DNA of 64,000 nucleotides from Bacteriovoracia bacterium (GTDB lineage: Bacteria; Bdellovibrionota; UBA1018; CAIPTA01): NCBI GenBank assembly GCA_050246755.1, contig JBFWVL010000001.1:1440001-1504000 (forward strand). The letters run 5' to 3'. Under the pieces are notes generated by a model that was given only the letters and a program-made list of their open reading frames with translations, ran no database searches and was not told the origin of the DNA. A program made the translations under genes and the position numbers. The first letter of the stretch is position 1. Each line of letters starts with the position of its first letter. Below, piece by piece: positions 8,403-18,196 of this stretch.

Positions 8403-9992
8403 ATGACCTATTTCCGCCTTATCCTGCTACTAGCAACCGTTTTGGTTGCCTCCGTTCCCCCTGCCGGCGCTGACGCTGCCGAGGAGCGAATCTTTGCGGT
8501 GGTTTCTAAAGTGGAGGGATCCGGGAACGCTCGCGTGCGCCGTGAGGCGGGAACCGAAAGCGTGGTGGGGGAGCAGATGGAAATTTACGCCGGTGATCGC
8601 ATTTTCACCGACGATACCTCCACCGTAGACATCCTCCTCCAAGACGGAACGATCATTCGCGTCGGCATCCGCTCGGAATTCACGCTCAACGAGGTGAACC
8701 TGCAGGCCGGTATTCTTTCTTGGGTATTCGGCTTGGCTCACGGAACGGTGCGCTCCCTGATCGAGAAGTCTCCCGATAAAAAGACCACCCGGCTGCGGAT
8801 AAATACGCCAGCGGGCACCATGGGCGTGCGTGGCACCGAGGTTTTGCTCGAGCACCAGAAAGAAAGCGGCCTCACCTCGATCTTCACGTTAGAGGGCCAG
8901 GTGGATTTCGGCGCACGCGGCTGCCAAGAAACTAAAAAATGTTTAGTTGTGGGCGCGGGGAAATTCTCGCGGATTAAATCGGGAGAAAGGCAGCCTGCCC
9001 CGGCAGCGTCCTTCACGATGAAACAAGTATTGAGCTTGCCCACACCCGCCGCCGATAGCGTTTCGGCGCCGCCCGGAACGGTGGGGGGAGGGAATAAAGA
9101 ATCCGCGGAAGTGGAGCGCTTGGCGCTTTTTCAGGGAATTTCGCGCGCGAACGCGGGGCTATTAGCCGGGATGGACGAAGCGGCGCTCTCGAGGACAGTG
9201 AAAGGCGCCCAGGAAAACATGCAAAATGCTCAGGACCAATTTTTGGGAAGAACCGCGGAGATCCGTGAGGCTATGTACGCGGCGATGCGCGAAGGCACCT
9301 TCGAAAAAGTGCTGAAGGTGGCGGAAAGTTACGAAACGGTGAAGAACGGAAAAGCTCCCGTGGACGATCCCGCGGAAAAACTGACGTTCGGGCCCCTGGC
9401 CGTTAAAAAATTCGCGCTGGGAAAGGCCGTGATTGAATCGAGCGCGTTTAATTCCAATGCCACGGGAGTAAAACCCGCCACCAAGGAGCAAATCGAAGTG
9501 GCCACCGCGAATAAAGCGCCGGCGGCGAAGCCGGTACTGGGGCCGGAAGTGGCGGCATTAGTGAGCCAAAGTTCCGATGCCCTGAAGAAAGCGTCAGAAT
9601 GGGCACAGGCGGTGGAGGTGAAGACCGCTGCCCTAAAGGGAAATTCCGAAGTGGCGGTGGACCCCTACAAGACGTATCGCCTCCCAACGACCTCTCAGGA
9701 AAAGGCGGTGGTACAAACGGCCGAAATAGCGCAAGAAACCCGCGTTCGTCTCTCCTCAGTCAAATCCGGTAGCTGCAATATTCTCTGTTCGATCGCGAAA
9801 TTTTTTAGCGGAGATACGAAATCCAGCGCGAACACCAAGACAAGTAAAACGGCTACCGCTACGGCCCCGAGAGCTTCAGCGAAGATGGCTACTTGCGCGC
9901 ATCCGATCACCACGTGCACGTATCAGCCTTGTGATACGCGCACGGGAAAAATTTGTAAGCAGGAGAAGATCTGTAAGCAAACCTGCCAGTAG
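8403..9992 (+). CDS. Exported FecR-domain protein with Cys-rich C-terminus
   Basis: Signal peptide; GDRIFTD...DGTIIRVG...INTPAGTMGVRGT FecR motifs; TG-C-TATAAT upstream. Confidence 0.85.
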   Translation: MTYFRLILLLATVLVASVPPAGADAAEERIFAVVSKVEGSGNARVRREAGTESVVGEQMEIYAGDRIFTDDTSTVDILLQDGTIIRVGIRSEFTLNEVNLQAGILSWVFGLAHGTVRSLIEKSPDKKTTRLRINTPAGTMGVRGTEVLLEHQKESGLTSIFTLEGQVDFGARGCQETKKCLVVGAGKFSRIKSGERQPAPAASFTMKQVLSLPTPAADSVSAPPGTVGGGNKESAEVERLALFQGISRANAGLLAGMDEAALSRTVKGAQENMQNAQDQFLGRTAEIREAMYAAMREGTFEKVLKVAESYETVKNGKAPVDDPAEKLTFGPLAVKKFALGKAVIESSAFNSNATGVKPATKEQIEVATANKAPAAKPVLGPEVAALVSQSSDALKKASEWAQAVEVKTAALKGNSEVAVDPYKTYRLPTTSQEKAVVQTAEIAQETRVRLSSVKSGSCNILCSIAKFFSGDTKSSANTKTSKTATATAPRASAKMATCAHPITTCTYQPCDTRTGKICKQEKICKQTCQ

Positions 9993-10001
9993 CGGCGCGG
10001 G

Positions 10002-11273
10002 CTAGATATCCCGCTCCATGGCCTTCTGGAAGTGCGAGATGATCGCTTCGCGCGCTACGTGGGAAGCTTTCACCTTCCAGTATTTGCGATTGATGATCAT
10101 CGAGGCGAAGGCGATTTTTTTCTTGGGATTCGTGCTCGACTGCGCGAATCCCACGAACCAGTCGTAGCGTCCGGCGGGAGCGGTGCCCGAGAGCGAGCCA
10201 GTCTTGGCGCCAATGAAAAGCTTAGAGAGCACCGGGTGGTGATTATAGTCGCGGTATTCCTTGCGGGCTGTGCCGCGGGTGATGGTATTTTCCATGATCA
10301 TCGAAAGCGATTTGGCCGTGTCTTGGTCCATCGGGTGGAAGAGCATTCCCCCGTCTTCCATCTCGTACACTTTCGCTCCGTCGGCGGTGCTCACGTCTTC
10401 CACCACGTGGGGTACCACCATCCGTCCACCGTTGATCACGCTGGCGGCCATGAGGGCAGCCTGAATGGGATTAAGCGTCTGGCGCTGGGTATAGCCGGAT
10501 CCGGATTCGGCGAGGCCGAAATCATCGGTGGGCACGAGGGCCGAACCCATTTCGAGGGGCATTTCGAAATCGATCTTCTGGTTGAAGCCGAAGCCATTGG
10601 CATATTTCTGGAGGGCCGCCGGGCCTACCCGGGTCATGGCGATCTTACCGAATACGGTGTTCACGGATTTAGCGAAGGCTTCTTCAATGGTGATGAAGCG
10701 GGTCCAGCGGTTCACGTAGTCGCGGAGGTTGCCTTTATAGAGGGTGCCGTAGCGGCCGTTCACGGGGAAGAGCGCATTCGGGCGGATCTTGCCTTCGTCG
10801 AGCGCGGCGGTGGAAGTCACCATTTTAAAAACACTGGCGGCGGGAAAGGTGGCTTGCAGGGCCAGGTTTCCTTCGTGTCCTTGGGAGCTATAGTCCACCA
10901 TCGCGAGGATCTTGCCGGTTTCGGGATCTAGGGCCACGAAGGCGCCGAAATCGGGAGAATAGCGTTCATAAACATTTTCTATTTTTGCCTGGAGCTCGGC
11001 ATCCAGCGTAAAGTGCACGCGGTAAGATTTATCGCCGCTCTCGATGGGAAAATAATCGAGCTTGAGGTGGTTGGAGGTGAGGCGTTGGTCGCCGAGAATC
11101 TTGGCGATCTCCGAGCGTTCCATCTGGTGGTGAAATACCGAGCTGCTGGCTAGCTTACGAATAGCCGTCTTCGGCTTCGATTTACCTGGTGTGAGGAGGA
11201 TGCCCGTAGCGAAAACCGCCAATAACGCAGCGCATCCGGATAACCACAAAACGGGCTTGAATTTATTCATCAT
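10002..11273 (-). CDS. Penicillin-binding transpeptidase-domain protein
   Basis: ASVFK (SxxK), SVN (SxN), AKTG (KTG); N-terminal TM; no full dimerisation domain. Confidence 0.9.
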   Translation of the reverse strand: MMNKFKPVLWLSGCAALLAVFATGILLTPGKSKPKTAIRKLASSSVFHHQMERSEIAKILGDQRLTSNHLKLDYFPIESGDKSYRVHFTLDAELQAKIENVYERYSPDFGAFVALDPETGKILAMVDYSSQGHEGNLALQATFPAASVFKMVTSTAALDEGKIRPNALFPVNGRYGTLYKGNLRDYVNRWTRFITIEEAFAKSVNTVFGKIAMTRVGPAALQKYANGFGFNQKIDFEMPLEMGSALVPTDDFGLAESGSGYTQRQTLNPIQAALMAASVINGGRMVVPHVVEDVSTADGAKVYEMEDGGMLFHPMDQDTAKSLSMIMENTITRGTARKEYRDYNHHPVLSKLFIGAKTGSLSGTAPAGRYDWFVGFAQSSTNPKKKIAFASMIINRKYWKVKASHVAREAIISHFQKAMERDI

Positions 11274-11396
11274 GAATTAACCCCTAGAACTAATTAGCTT
11301 TTCGGAGGGAGTCCCCCCTCCATTTAATGATATCAGGCTAGTGTAGCACTTAAAATACAGAAATTATGAGAAAATACCGAAATATATCAAGGCGAT

Positions 11397-12680
11397 ATGC
11401 TCACCTATAAAGAGAAATTAAAGCAGTTTTCGGAGCGCCTTATTGAGGCCCAGAAGCAAGTTAGGCTTCTGGAAGCCGTGCGTTGGGACCCAAAAATCCT
11501 CGAAGAAGTGCGTAAAAACAAATACAAAGAGCTTCCCAAAGTGGACCGCTCCACCTACGAAAATATCCCCCTTGGCTACGACCCCGACCTCAAGATCGCG
11601 GAGCTCCAAGGCATTGCCAACGACCTCGTGAACGATATCGGCCCGGAAGATTCCCTGGTGCGGATCCTGCTCGCCACCTGCCAGGAATTTCAGGACGTTC
11701 TGCGCATGCTCCAGGTAAGGGGGCGGCCCGAATTTTACGAGTATTCCAAAAAGCTCTACGGCTCGCCCCAGGATCATTTTTTCGGATCCTTGATCAGCGT
11801 GAAGGATCTCGGCCTTCACCTTTATAATATTTTGTCGGGCGTGCAAGACAGCCCGGCGGCCGACGAACGGATGCAGCAGGTGGACGCCCAGCACGCGCTC
11901 AAAGATCTCGACGAGCGCTTCGGCAAATATTTTCCCGGGCAAAACGTGAAGGTGACTATCGAGGACGCGATGGTGGCCGACGCAGCCGCGAGCGCCAAAA
12001 CAATTAAGCTCCGCGAAGCCGCCACTTTTACTAAGCGTGATATCGATATTCTCGAAGTACACGAAGGCTGGGTGCACATGGGCACTACGATCAACGGCCT
12101 CGAGCAGCGCGTGGCCAAGTGGCTGCATAAAGGCTCCCCCCGCGTGACCGCCACCCAGGAGGGCCTCGCGGTATTGATGGAAATTTTTTCCTTCGTTACG
12201 TTTCCTCGTCGCGCACGCAAGATCAACGATCGCGTGCTGGCGATCGCCAAGGCGGAAGAAGGCGCGGACTTTCTCGATGTGGTGGAATATTTTCGTACCG
12301 AAGGCTACGAGGAAGACGATTGCCTAATCGCGGCGCAGAGAGTTTTTCGCGGCGGCGACGTGAAGGGTCGTTACCCTTTCACCAAAGACATCTCCTATTG
12401 CAAAGGTTTCGTGGAAAACTATAACTTCATCCGGGCTTGCATTCAGGCCGGCCGAAGCGAAATCGTCCCCTTTCTCTTCGTGGGTAAAGTGCATGTCTCC
12501 GACGTTCCCGTGCTCTACCAGAAATACCGCGAAGGAATCGTGGATCCGCCCAAATTCCTCCCCCCGTTCTTTAAGGACCTCAATTCCCTGATCGTATGGA
12601 TGAGTTTCTCCAACTTTTTGAGTGCCGCCGGCATGACCAGCGCTCAGGATGCCTATCGCAACCTGATTCAGAAGATCTAA
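11397..12680 (+). CDS. QEGLA-motif (DUF1704/MATCAP-like) metallo-carboxypeptidase family protein
   Basis: HEGWVH (HExxxH), TATQEGLAV, RVFRGG, FTKDISY. Confidence 0.88.
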   Translation: MLTYKEKLKQFSERLIEAQKQVRLLEAVRWDPKILEEVRKNKYKELPKVDRSTYENIPLGYDPDLKIAELQGIANDLVNDIGPEDSLVRILLATCQEFQDVLRMLQVRGRPEFYEYSKKLYGSPQDHFFGSLISVKDLGLHLYNILSGVQDSPAADERMQQVDAQHALKDLDERFGKYFPGQNVKVTIEDAMVADAAASAKTIKLREAATFTKRDIDILEVHEGWVHMGTTINGLEQRVAKWLHKGSPRVTATQEGLAVLMEIFSFVTFPRRARKINDRVLAIAKAEEGADFLDVVEYFRTEGYEEDDCLIAAQRVFRGGDVKGRYPFTKDISYCKGFVENYNFIRACIQAGRSEIVPFLFVGKVHVSDVPVLYQKYREGIVDPPKFLPPFFKDLNSLIVWMSFSNFLSAAGMTSAQDAYRNLIQKI

Positions 12681-12758
12681 TATCCCTTCCGCTTGATTTC
12701 ATTTGGTTTCCGCGTTCTACTATTTTGAAATTACGTTAATCGAAAGGACTCGCGGAAA

Positions 12759-13580
12759 ATGAAGATGAATAAATTAGGTCTTTTTGCTGTTGCTCTAGCT
12801 ACCTTGCTCGGTGCCAATGCGTTCGCCGCCGTGGAACTGGCGAAAATCGGCTCCAAGTCTCTCACCGACGCCGACATGAAGAACCTCGTGGGCGCGATTC
12901 CCGAAGGACAAAAACAACAAATTAACGGCGACGCGAACATTAAAAACCGCATGGTAGAAAACCTCGTGGCCGAAGAGCTCTTCGTGCAAGAGGGCGAAAA
13001 AACCGGCCTCGCGAAAGACAAAGAATTCCAGGCAGCGCTCGAGCGTGCCCGCCGCCAGCTTTTGGCGAACCGCTACCTCCAGAAGAGCATCATGCCCAAG
13101 ATCACGGACGCAAACGTGCGTAAGTTCTTCGACGCAAACAAGCTCCGTTATAATCAGGACGAAGTGCACGCGTTTCACGTGCTCCTGAAAACCGAAGCCG
13201 AAGCCAAGGAAGTGTATTCGAAGGCTAAAGGCGGAGAAGATTTCGAAGTGCTCGCGAAGAAATACTCCAAGGATCCTACCTCGGCCCAGAACATGGGTGA
13301 TCTCGGATTCATGACCCGCAGCCGTATGCCGCCCCAGTTCTCGGAAGCCGCGTTCGCGATGAAGGCCGGAGAAATCAGCCAGCCCGTGAAAACCCCTTTC
13401 GGTTACCACATCATCAAGATGGTGGAGAAGCGTGAAGGCAAGCCGGTTAAGTTCGAGGACGTAAAAGAACAAGTGCGCGCCGACTACCAGAACGAGTCGA
13501 TCAACGACCTGATTTCTTCGCTGAAGAAAACGAATAAGGTTGTGGTGTTCGAAGACAAAGTGAAGGCACTGAAGTTCTAA
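12759..13580 (+). CDS. Exported parvulin-type PPIase (PrsA/PpiC-like)
   Basis: Signal peptide; HVLLK, FEVLAKKYSKD, GDLGF, PVKTPFGYHII. Confidence 0.92.
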   Translation: MKMNKLGLFAVALATLLGANAFAAVELAKIGSKSLTDADMKNLVGAIPEGQKQQINGDANIKNRMVENLVAEELFVQEGEKTGLAKDKEFQAALERARRQLLANRYLQKSIMPKITDANVRKFFDANKLRYNQDEVHAFHVLLKTEAEAKEVYSKAKGGEDFEVLAKKYSKDPTSAQNMGDLGFMTRSRMPPQFSEAAFAMKAGEISQPVKTPFGYHIIKMVEKREGKPVKFEDVKEQVRADYQNESINDLISSLKKTNKVVVFEDKVKALKF

Positions 13581-13604
13581 TTTTCGCTTAAGAGACAGAA
13601 GACT

Positions 13605-13642
13605 GAGGCCCGGCGGTTAAATCCTTCGGGCCTCTTTTTTTT
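13605..13642 (+). terminator. Intrinsic terminator
   Basis: gaggcccg...cgggcctc followed by T8. Confidence 0.8.
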
Positions 13643-15094
13643 CTAGACCGCGGGCTGGCGCTTCCTTTTCTTCTCTTTTTTCACGCCCGAGGATTTCTGC
13701 CGGAATAAAGGCACGCCCGATTTCACGAGCTTGCCGCTCTCGTCGAATACGCTCTTGGCGCAGGGATATTTACCCTCTAGCGAATCCACGAAGTTCGGTA
13801 CTCCCGGCAGGGTCACGTGCTGGATTACGCGGGCCACGTGGCGTTGGAGCACGCAGGTCTTGAACCACTGCCAGTTCTGGATGCTGCCATTGAGGTTCGT
13901 TACGTCGATCTTATCAGTGAGCTCGTTATATTTTCCGGTCCAGTAGAGGCTGTCGATCATGTCGGCGGGAGAGAAGTTCTTGAAGGTGGCCACCTTCTCG
14001 AGATCCGCGCGTGTCCATTTATTATAATGGGCCAACGCGTCCACGGCTTTGGGGCCAGCGTTGTAGGAACCCACGGCCAGCAGCCAGCCCATATGTAGCG
14101 GGTACGCGCGGTCGTAGCCGGCCTGGCAGCTGCGCCCGAATTTTTCCTCGGGCTTATACTGATCTTTCTGCTTGAGGCCGGTGGGAATGAAGCGGGCGTA
14201 GAGCGAGGCGAGCTCGTTGGCCTTGGCGGCGATGCCGTTGCGGGGATCTTGGCAGCTCGTTACGAAGGCGCGTACGGCATCGTAGCGCATTCTCTGCACG
14301 GCATTCGAGGCGGGAGGGAAATCGCTTACCACATCTTCAAAGGCGATATTCTGGAAATGTTCTTTCTGCAGGCGGTATTCGGGCAAGCCATGGAGCCGGG
14401 TTTTCGCGATTTCGTAGAATGGTTTCACCAAGGTGGTTTCGAGCTGAGCGCAATCGAGCGGCGCTTTTCCCAAACCGATCCCGCGGCGGCGCGCGCCCTT
14501 TTGTTTTTCGGCCCAGCGGCACCATTCCAAAATATTTATTTGTCCAAGGCCGCAGGAGAAATTATTTCCGTCTTCGGCGATACCAAGCTCGGAAAAGAGT
14601 GATTCCTGGTAGAGCGCGCCGGTGAGCACCTGGGCGGGCATTTTATTTTCCTGGCTGGCTTCGTAGACGGCGGCGAGTTTCACGCTGCGCAGGCGCACGG
14701 CATTGTTCTGCATCCAGGCCAGCTCGATGGCGCCAGCCGAAAAGCTCCCGGGCCGCAAAGCTTCACGGCGCAGAACCTCGGTGGCGCGGCAGTAAAGGAG
14801 GGGGCGTTTGTTGAGGCGCCAGTACTCTTGGTCTTCCGGCGAAAGATTGGCGGGAAAATCTTTTTGGGGATCGTTCACGCGGGTGAGGTCGAGGCAGTCG
14901 CGATCGGGCATGCCCGGAATCAATTCTTCCACACAGCCTACCGGAGGCTGGGCCCAGTCGACGGGAGTTACGAGCGCGGAAGCGGGCCTGCGGTCCGGGG
15001 TGTTCTCGAATTCTTCCAGTAGATCCGCGGCGTGAAACGCGAAGGCGGAGCTGGAAAATAAAAAAAGCGCGCAGATGGAAATTTTGGCGAGCAT
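13643..15094 (-). CDS. Secreted lytic-transglycosylase/lysozyme-like protein with large insertions
   Basis: Signal peptide; SLT motifs ALYQES, GLGQI and AVGSYNAGP. Confidence 0.7.
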   Translation of the reverse strand: MLAKISICALFLFSSSAFAFHAADLLEEFENTPDRRPASALVTPVDWAQPPVGCVEELIPGMPDRDCLDLTRVNDPQKDFPANLSPEDQEYWRLNKRPLLYCRATEVLRREALRPGSFSAGAIELAWMQNNAVRLRSVKLAAVYEASQENKMPAQVLTGALYQESLFSELGIAEDGNNFSCGLGQINILEWCRWAEKQKGARRRGIGLGKAPLDCAQLETTLVKPFYEIAKTRLHGLPEYRLQKEHFQNIAFEDVVSDFPPASNAVQRMRYDAVRAFVTSCQDPRNGIAAKANELASLYARFIPTGLKQKDQYKPEEKFGRSCQAGYDRAYPLHMGWLLAVGSYNAGPKAVDALAHYNKWTRADLEKVATFKNFSPADMIDSLYWTGKYNELTDKIDVTNLNGSIQNWQWFKTCVLQRHVARVIQHVTLPGVPNFVDSLEGKYPCAKSVFDESGKLVKSGVPLFRQKSSGVKKEKKRKRQPAV

Positions 15095-15183
15095 GGGAAT
15101 CCTCGAGTGAAAAAAGAAGGCGTTCCTAAATTATATAGGAGGAGAAAATGGCTGCCAACGAGGGAGCCTACACGCGAGCGGCT

Positions 15184-15762
15184 CTAGGCTTTTTTACCCA
15201 TGGCTACCAGGTACATTTCCACGCTCGCTTGGCGGGTGCTGTCCGGCTTGAAGGGCTTGAACGTGGTGAAGCGGGCTTCGATTTGTTTGCGCACGCTATG
15301 CGCATCTTCGCCTTCAAATAATTTCACCACGAGATTGCCACCCACCTTGAGGTGCTTCTCGGCCACCGCGAGGGCATGCAGGCAAAGCTCGGCGGAGCGG
15401 GCCTGATCGCGGATCTTCACGCCGGAAGTTTTCGGCGCCATATCGCTGAGCACTACGTCGAAGGGGCCTTCCGGCATATGCTCGGGCTCGAGCTTGAAGG
15501 CATCGCCGTGGATGAAGCGAAACTGCGGGTGCTTGAGCTCCACTTTTTCCAGGTCTACCCCGAGCACGAGGCCACGGGGGCCAACCATCGGCAGAGCCAC
15601 TTGCACCCAGGCGCCGGGGGCGCATCCAAGATCGAGCACCTTGGCGCCGGACTTTATGAGCTTAAATTTTTTTTGGATTTCTTGGAGCTTATAAGCCGAG
15701 CGCGCGAGGTAGCCCTCTTCCTTTGCTTTGCGGTGATAGAAATCTTTTTTTTCATACGCCAT
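15184..15762 (-). CDS. rlmE: 23S rRNA Um2552 2'-O-methyltransferase
   Basis: GYLARSAYKL, LDLGCAPGAW, VLSDMAP, VVKLF, EMYLV. Confidence 0.95.
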   Translation of the reverse strand: MAYEKKDFYHRKAKEEGYLARSAYKLQEIQKKFKLIKSGAKVLDLGCAPGAWVQVALPMVGPRGLVLGVDLEKVELKHPQFRFIHGDAFKLEPEHMPEGPFDVVLSDMAPKTSGVKIRDQARSAELCLHALAVAEKHLKVGGNLVVKLFEGEDAHSVRKQIEARFTTFKPFKPDSTRQASVEMYLVAMGKKA

Positions 15763-18172
15763 AAAATTCCACCACCGTGCAGCCCTCGCCGCCCTCCTGG
15801 AGGGTGCCGGGCCGGTATTTCAGCTCGTATTTAGTCTTTTTTAGGAAATCCCGCACGGCTTTTTTCAGGGCCCCGCTGCCGTGGCCATGCACGATACGCA
15901 CGAAGGCCTTCCCGCTGCGGCTGGCCCGGTCGATATAGGTGGCCACTTGGTCCATGGCTTCGTCTACAGTACGGCCGATGAGGTTTAATTCAGTTGGCAG
16001 AGAGAAATCTTCGGTGGGCCGTTGGCGGTTCGCCGTTCGCGGTGAAGAAGGAGCGCGGGATTCGGCGCGGGGCTCGATTTGGTCCCACTTCACTTTCATG
16101 CGCAGGTTTCCGACCATCACCTCGGCCTGCTTTTCTTTCAGCGCCGGATCCGAAAGCAAAACGCCTTCGGTGCGCATCGTGAGCAGGCGCACAGGCCCGT
16201 TCTTGCGGAAGCTCACGGCCTCTTCCTCGTGCTCGATCGGAATGGTTTTGGGCGGGGGCTGGGCGGGGGCCACTTCGTCCACCATCTGGTGCACCGCCTC
16301 GAAGCTCTCCTTCAGCTTTTCGGTTTCGGCTCTGGCCGCCACGGCGGCTTCCTGCTTCTCCTGCACCGAGGGAAGGCGTTTTTTATAGGCGGTGATGGTG
16401 CGGTCCACTTCGGCCATGGCACTGCGTTCGGCCTCTTTCACGAGTTCGAGGGCTTCGTCGCGGAACCGTTTCTTATAGGCCGCGAGATCGCTATTGAGTT
16501 TGGCGTAGCGGGCCTGCTCCTCCTCGAGATTTTTTTTCACCGCCTCGAGCTCCAGCTTGGCGGCAGCGAGCTCTCGCTCTTGGCCTTCCAGTTTGTCTAC
16601 GGCGCTCTGCTCGGCCACTTTTTCTTCCGAGAGAAAGGAGCGGGCCTGATTCACCAAGCCGGAAGATAATCCTAACTTCAGGCCGATCTCCAGCGCGCGG
16701 CTGGATCCTGGCACGCCCATGCGCAGGCGGTAGGTGGGAGAAAGCTTCTCGGGATCGAATTCCATCGAGGCGCTCTCGAAGGCGCTTTCACCCGAGGCTT
16801 TCAATCCGTTGAGGTGAGTGGTCACGATCGCGTAGGCTCCGCGGGATTGCAATTCGGAAAGAATGGCCCGAGACAGCGCGGTGGCTTCGTCGGGATCGGT
16901 GGCGTGGAGGATCTCATCGATGAGCACGAGGGTGCCGCGCTCTACGCTCTCGAGAATCTCTTTGAGGTGGAGGATGCTGCCCGAAAAGCTCGAGAGGCTG
17001 AGTTCGAGGTTTTGGGAATCGCCGATCTGCGCGAGCACCTTGCTCAAAAAGGGAAGCTTAGATTCGCCGGCGCAGGGTAGAAAAAATCCCGCCCGCGCCA
17101 TGAGTGAAGAGAGGCCCACGGCTTTCAGCAGTACGGTTTTTCCGCCCGTATTGGGGCCGGAGATCACGAGCACGCGGCGTTCGGGGCCGAGCACGAAGCC
17201 ATTGCGAATGATTTTTTCGGGGGCGAGCACGAATCCCAGGAGGGGGTGGTAGAGCCCGTCGAGGAAGAATCTATCCGAGAACTCGGGGCGAGAAACGCCC
17301 TTGATGGTTTCGTATTTGCGCGCGAAGCTGGCGCGCGCGAGGCAAAGATCGATCTCCACGGAGGTCTCATACGCGTGGGCGAACTCGGCGGCGTGGGGGA
17401 AAAGCTTGGCCGAGAGCTCAGCGAGGATGCGATACACTTCCTCTTCGATCTGGAGCTGGGTTTGTTTGATTTTATCGTTCGCGTCGCGCACGGCGGCCGG
17501 CTCCATGAACACGGTGGCCCGCGTGGCCGAGCTTTCCACTACGAATCCCGAAACTTTATTGCGGAATTCGGATTTCACGGGGATGAGGTAGCGCCCGTCG
17601 CGCACGTCGTAGAATTTTTCCTGGAGGAAGCCGTCGCGGAAGGCTTGCTGCAGTACCGCTTCGACGCGTTCCCGCGCTTCGGAATGCAGGCGCCGCTCCT
17701 GATCGCGCAGGCTGCGCAGGGCGGGGCTCGCGGAATCTTTTACTTGCCCGTGGTCATCGATCGCGCGCACCAGGGCTTCGGTGAGGGGGGCGAGGGGAGG
17801 AAGCGAAAGAGCGCGGGCGTGGAGGCCGGCGCAGGCCAATACCCCTTCTTTGCCACCGAGGATGGCCTGGAGTTCCTGGGAAATCCTCGCAAGTTTGGAA
17901 AGATGAAGGAGCTCTTTTCCATCCAGTACCGAAGAGCGTTCCAGGCGCTCCAGCACGGGCTCCAGGGAATCCAAAGTGGAGAGGAATACGAAATTTCCCA
18001 GCTCCAAAGCGCGCAGGCCCTGATCCGTGAGCTCTAGGAGCGCTTCCGCTTCGTGGCGATTTTCGCTCGGCGCTATCTCGAGCGCGGCAAGCTTCGCTGG
18101 TGCGCTCAGGCAATGAACGCTATAATGCCGGAGCAGTGATTGCCATTCCAGCGATGGAAGATCCGAATTCAT
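15752..18172 (-). CDS. mutS2: MutS2 (RqcU-type): ABC ATPase, coiled coil, KOW and Smr domains
   Basis: ISGPNTGGKT, SLSSFSG, LIDEI, TTH, YRLRMGVPGSSRA, C-terminal IVHGHGSGAL Smr; no mismatch-binding N-terminus. Confidence 0.95.
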   Translation of the reverse strand: MNSDLPSLEWQSLLRHYSVHCLSAPAKLAALEIAPSENRHEAEALLELTDQGLRALELGNFVFLSTLDSLEPVLERLERSSVLDGKELLHLSKLARISQELQAILGGKEGVLACAGLHARALSLPPLAPLTEALVRAIDDHGQVKDSASPALRSLRDQERRLHSEARERVEAVLQQAFRDGFLQEKFYDVRDGRYLIPVKSEFRNKVSGFVVESSATRATVFMEPAAVRDANDKIKQTQLQIEEEVYRILAELSAKLFPHAAEFAHAYETSVEIDLCLARASFARKYETIKGVSRPEFSDRFFLDGLYHPLLGFVLAPEKIIRNGFVLGPERRVLVISGPNTGGKTVLLKAVGLSSLMARAGFFLPCAGESKLPFLSKVLAQIGDSQNLELSLSSFSGSILHLKEILESVERGTLVLIDEILHATDPDEATALSRAILSELQSRGAYAIVTTHLNGLKASGESAFESASMEFDPEKLSPTYRLRMGVPGSSRALEIGLKLGLSSGLVNQARSFLSEEKVAEQSAVDKLEGQERELAAAKLELEAVKKNLEEEQARYAKLNSDLAAYKKRFRDEALELVKEAERSAMAEVDRTITAYKKRLPSVQEKQEAAVAARAETEKLKESFEAVHQMVDEVAPAQPPPKTIPIEHEEEAVSFRKNGPVRLLTMRTEGVLLSDPALKEKQAEVMVGNLRMKVKWDQIEPRAESRAPSSPRTANRQRPTEDFSLPTELNLIGRTVDEAMDQVATYIDRASRSGKAFVRIVHGHGSGALKKAVRDFLKKTKYELKYRPGTLQEGGEGCTVVEFYGV

Positions 18173-18196
18173 GGGGGCAATCTACCAGATAGGCAT

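Noticed and set aside
15745-15752. A8 run near the rlmE start as a slippage site
   Set aside because: It encodes Glu-Lys-Lys at codons 4-6, where a shift would give no useful product; A-rich gene starts are common.
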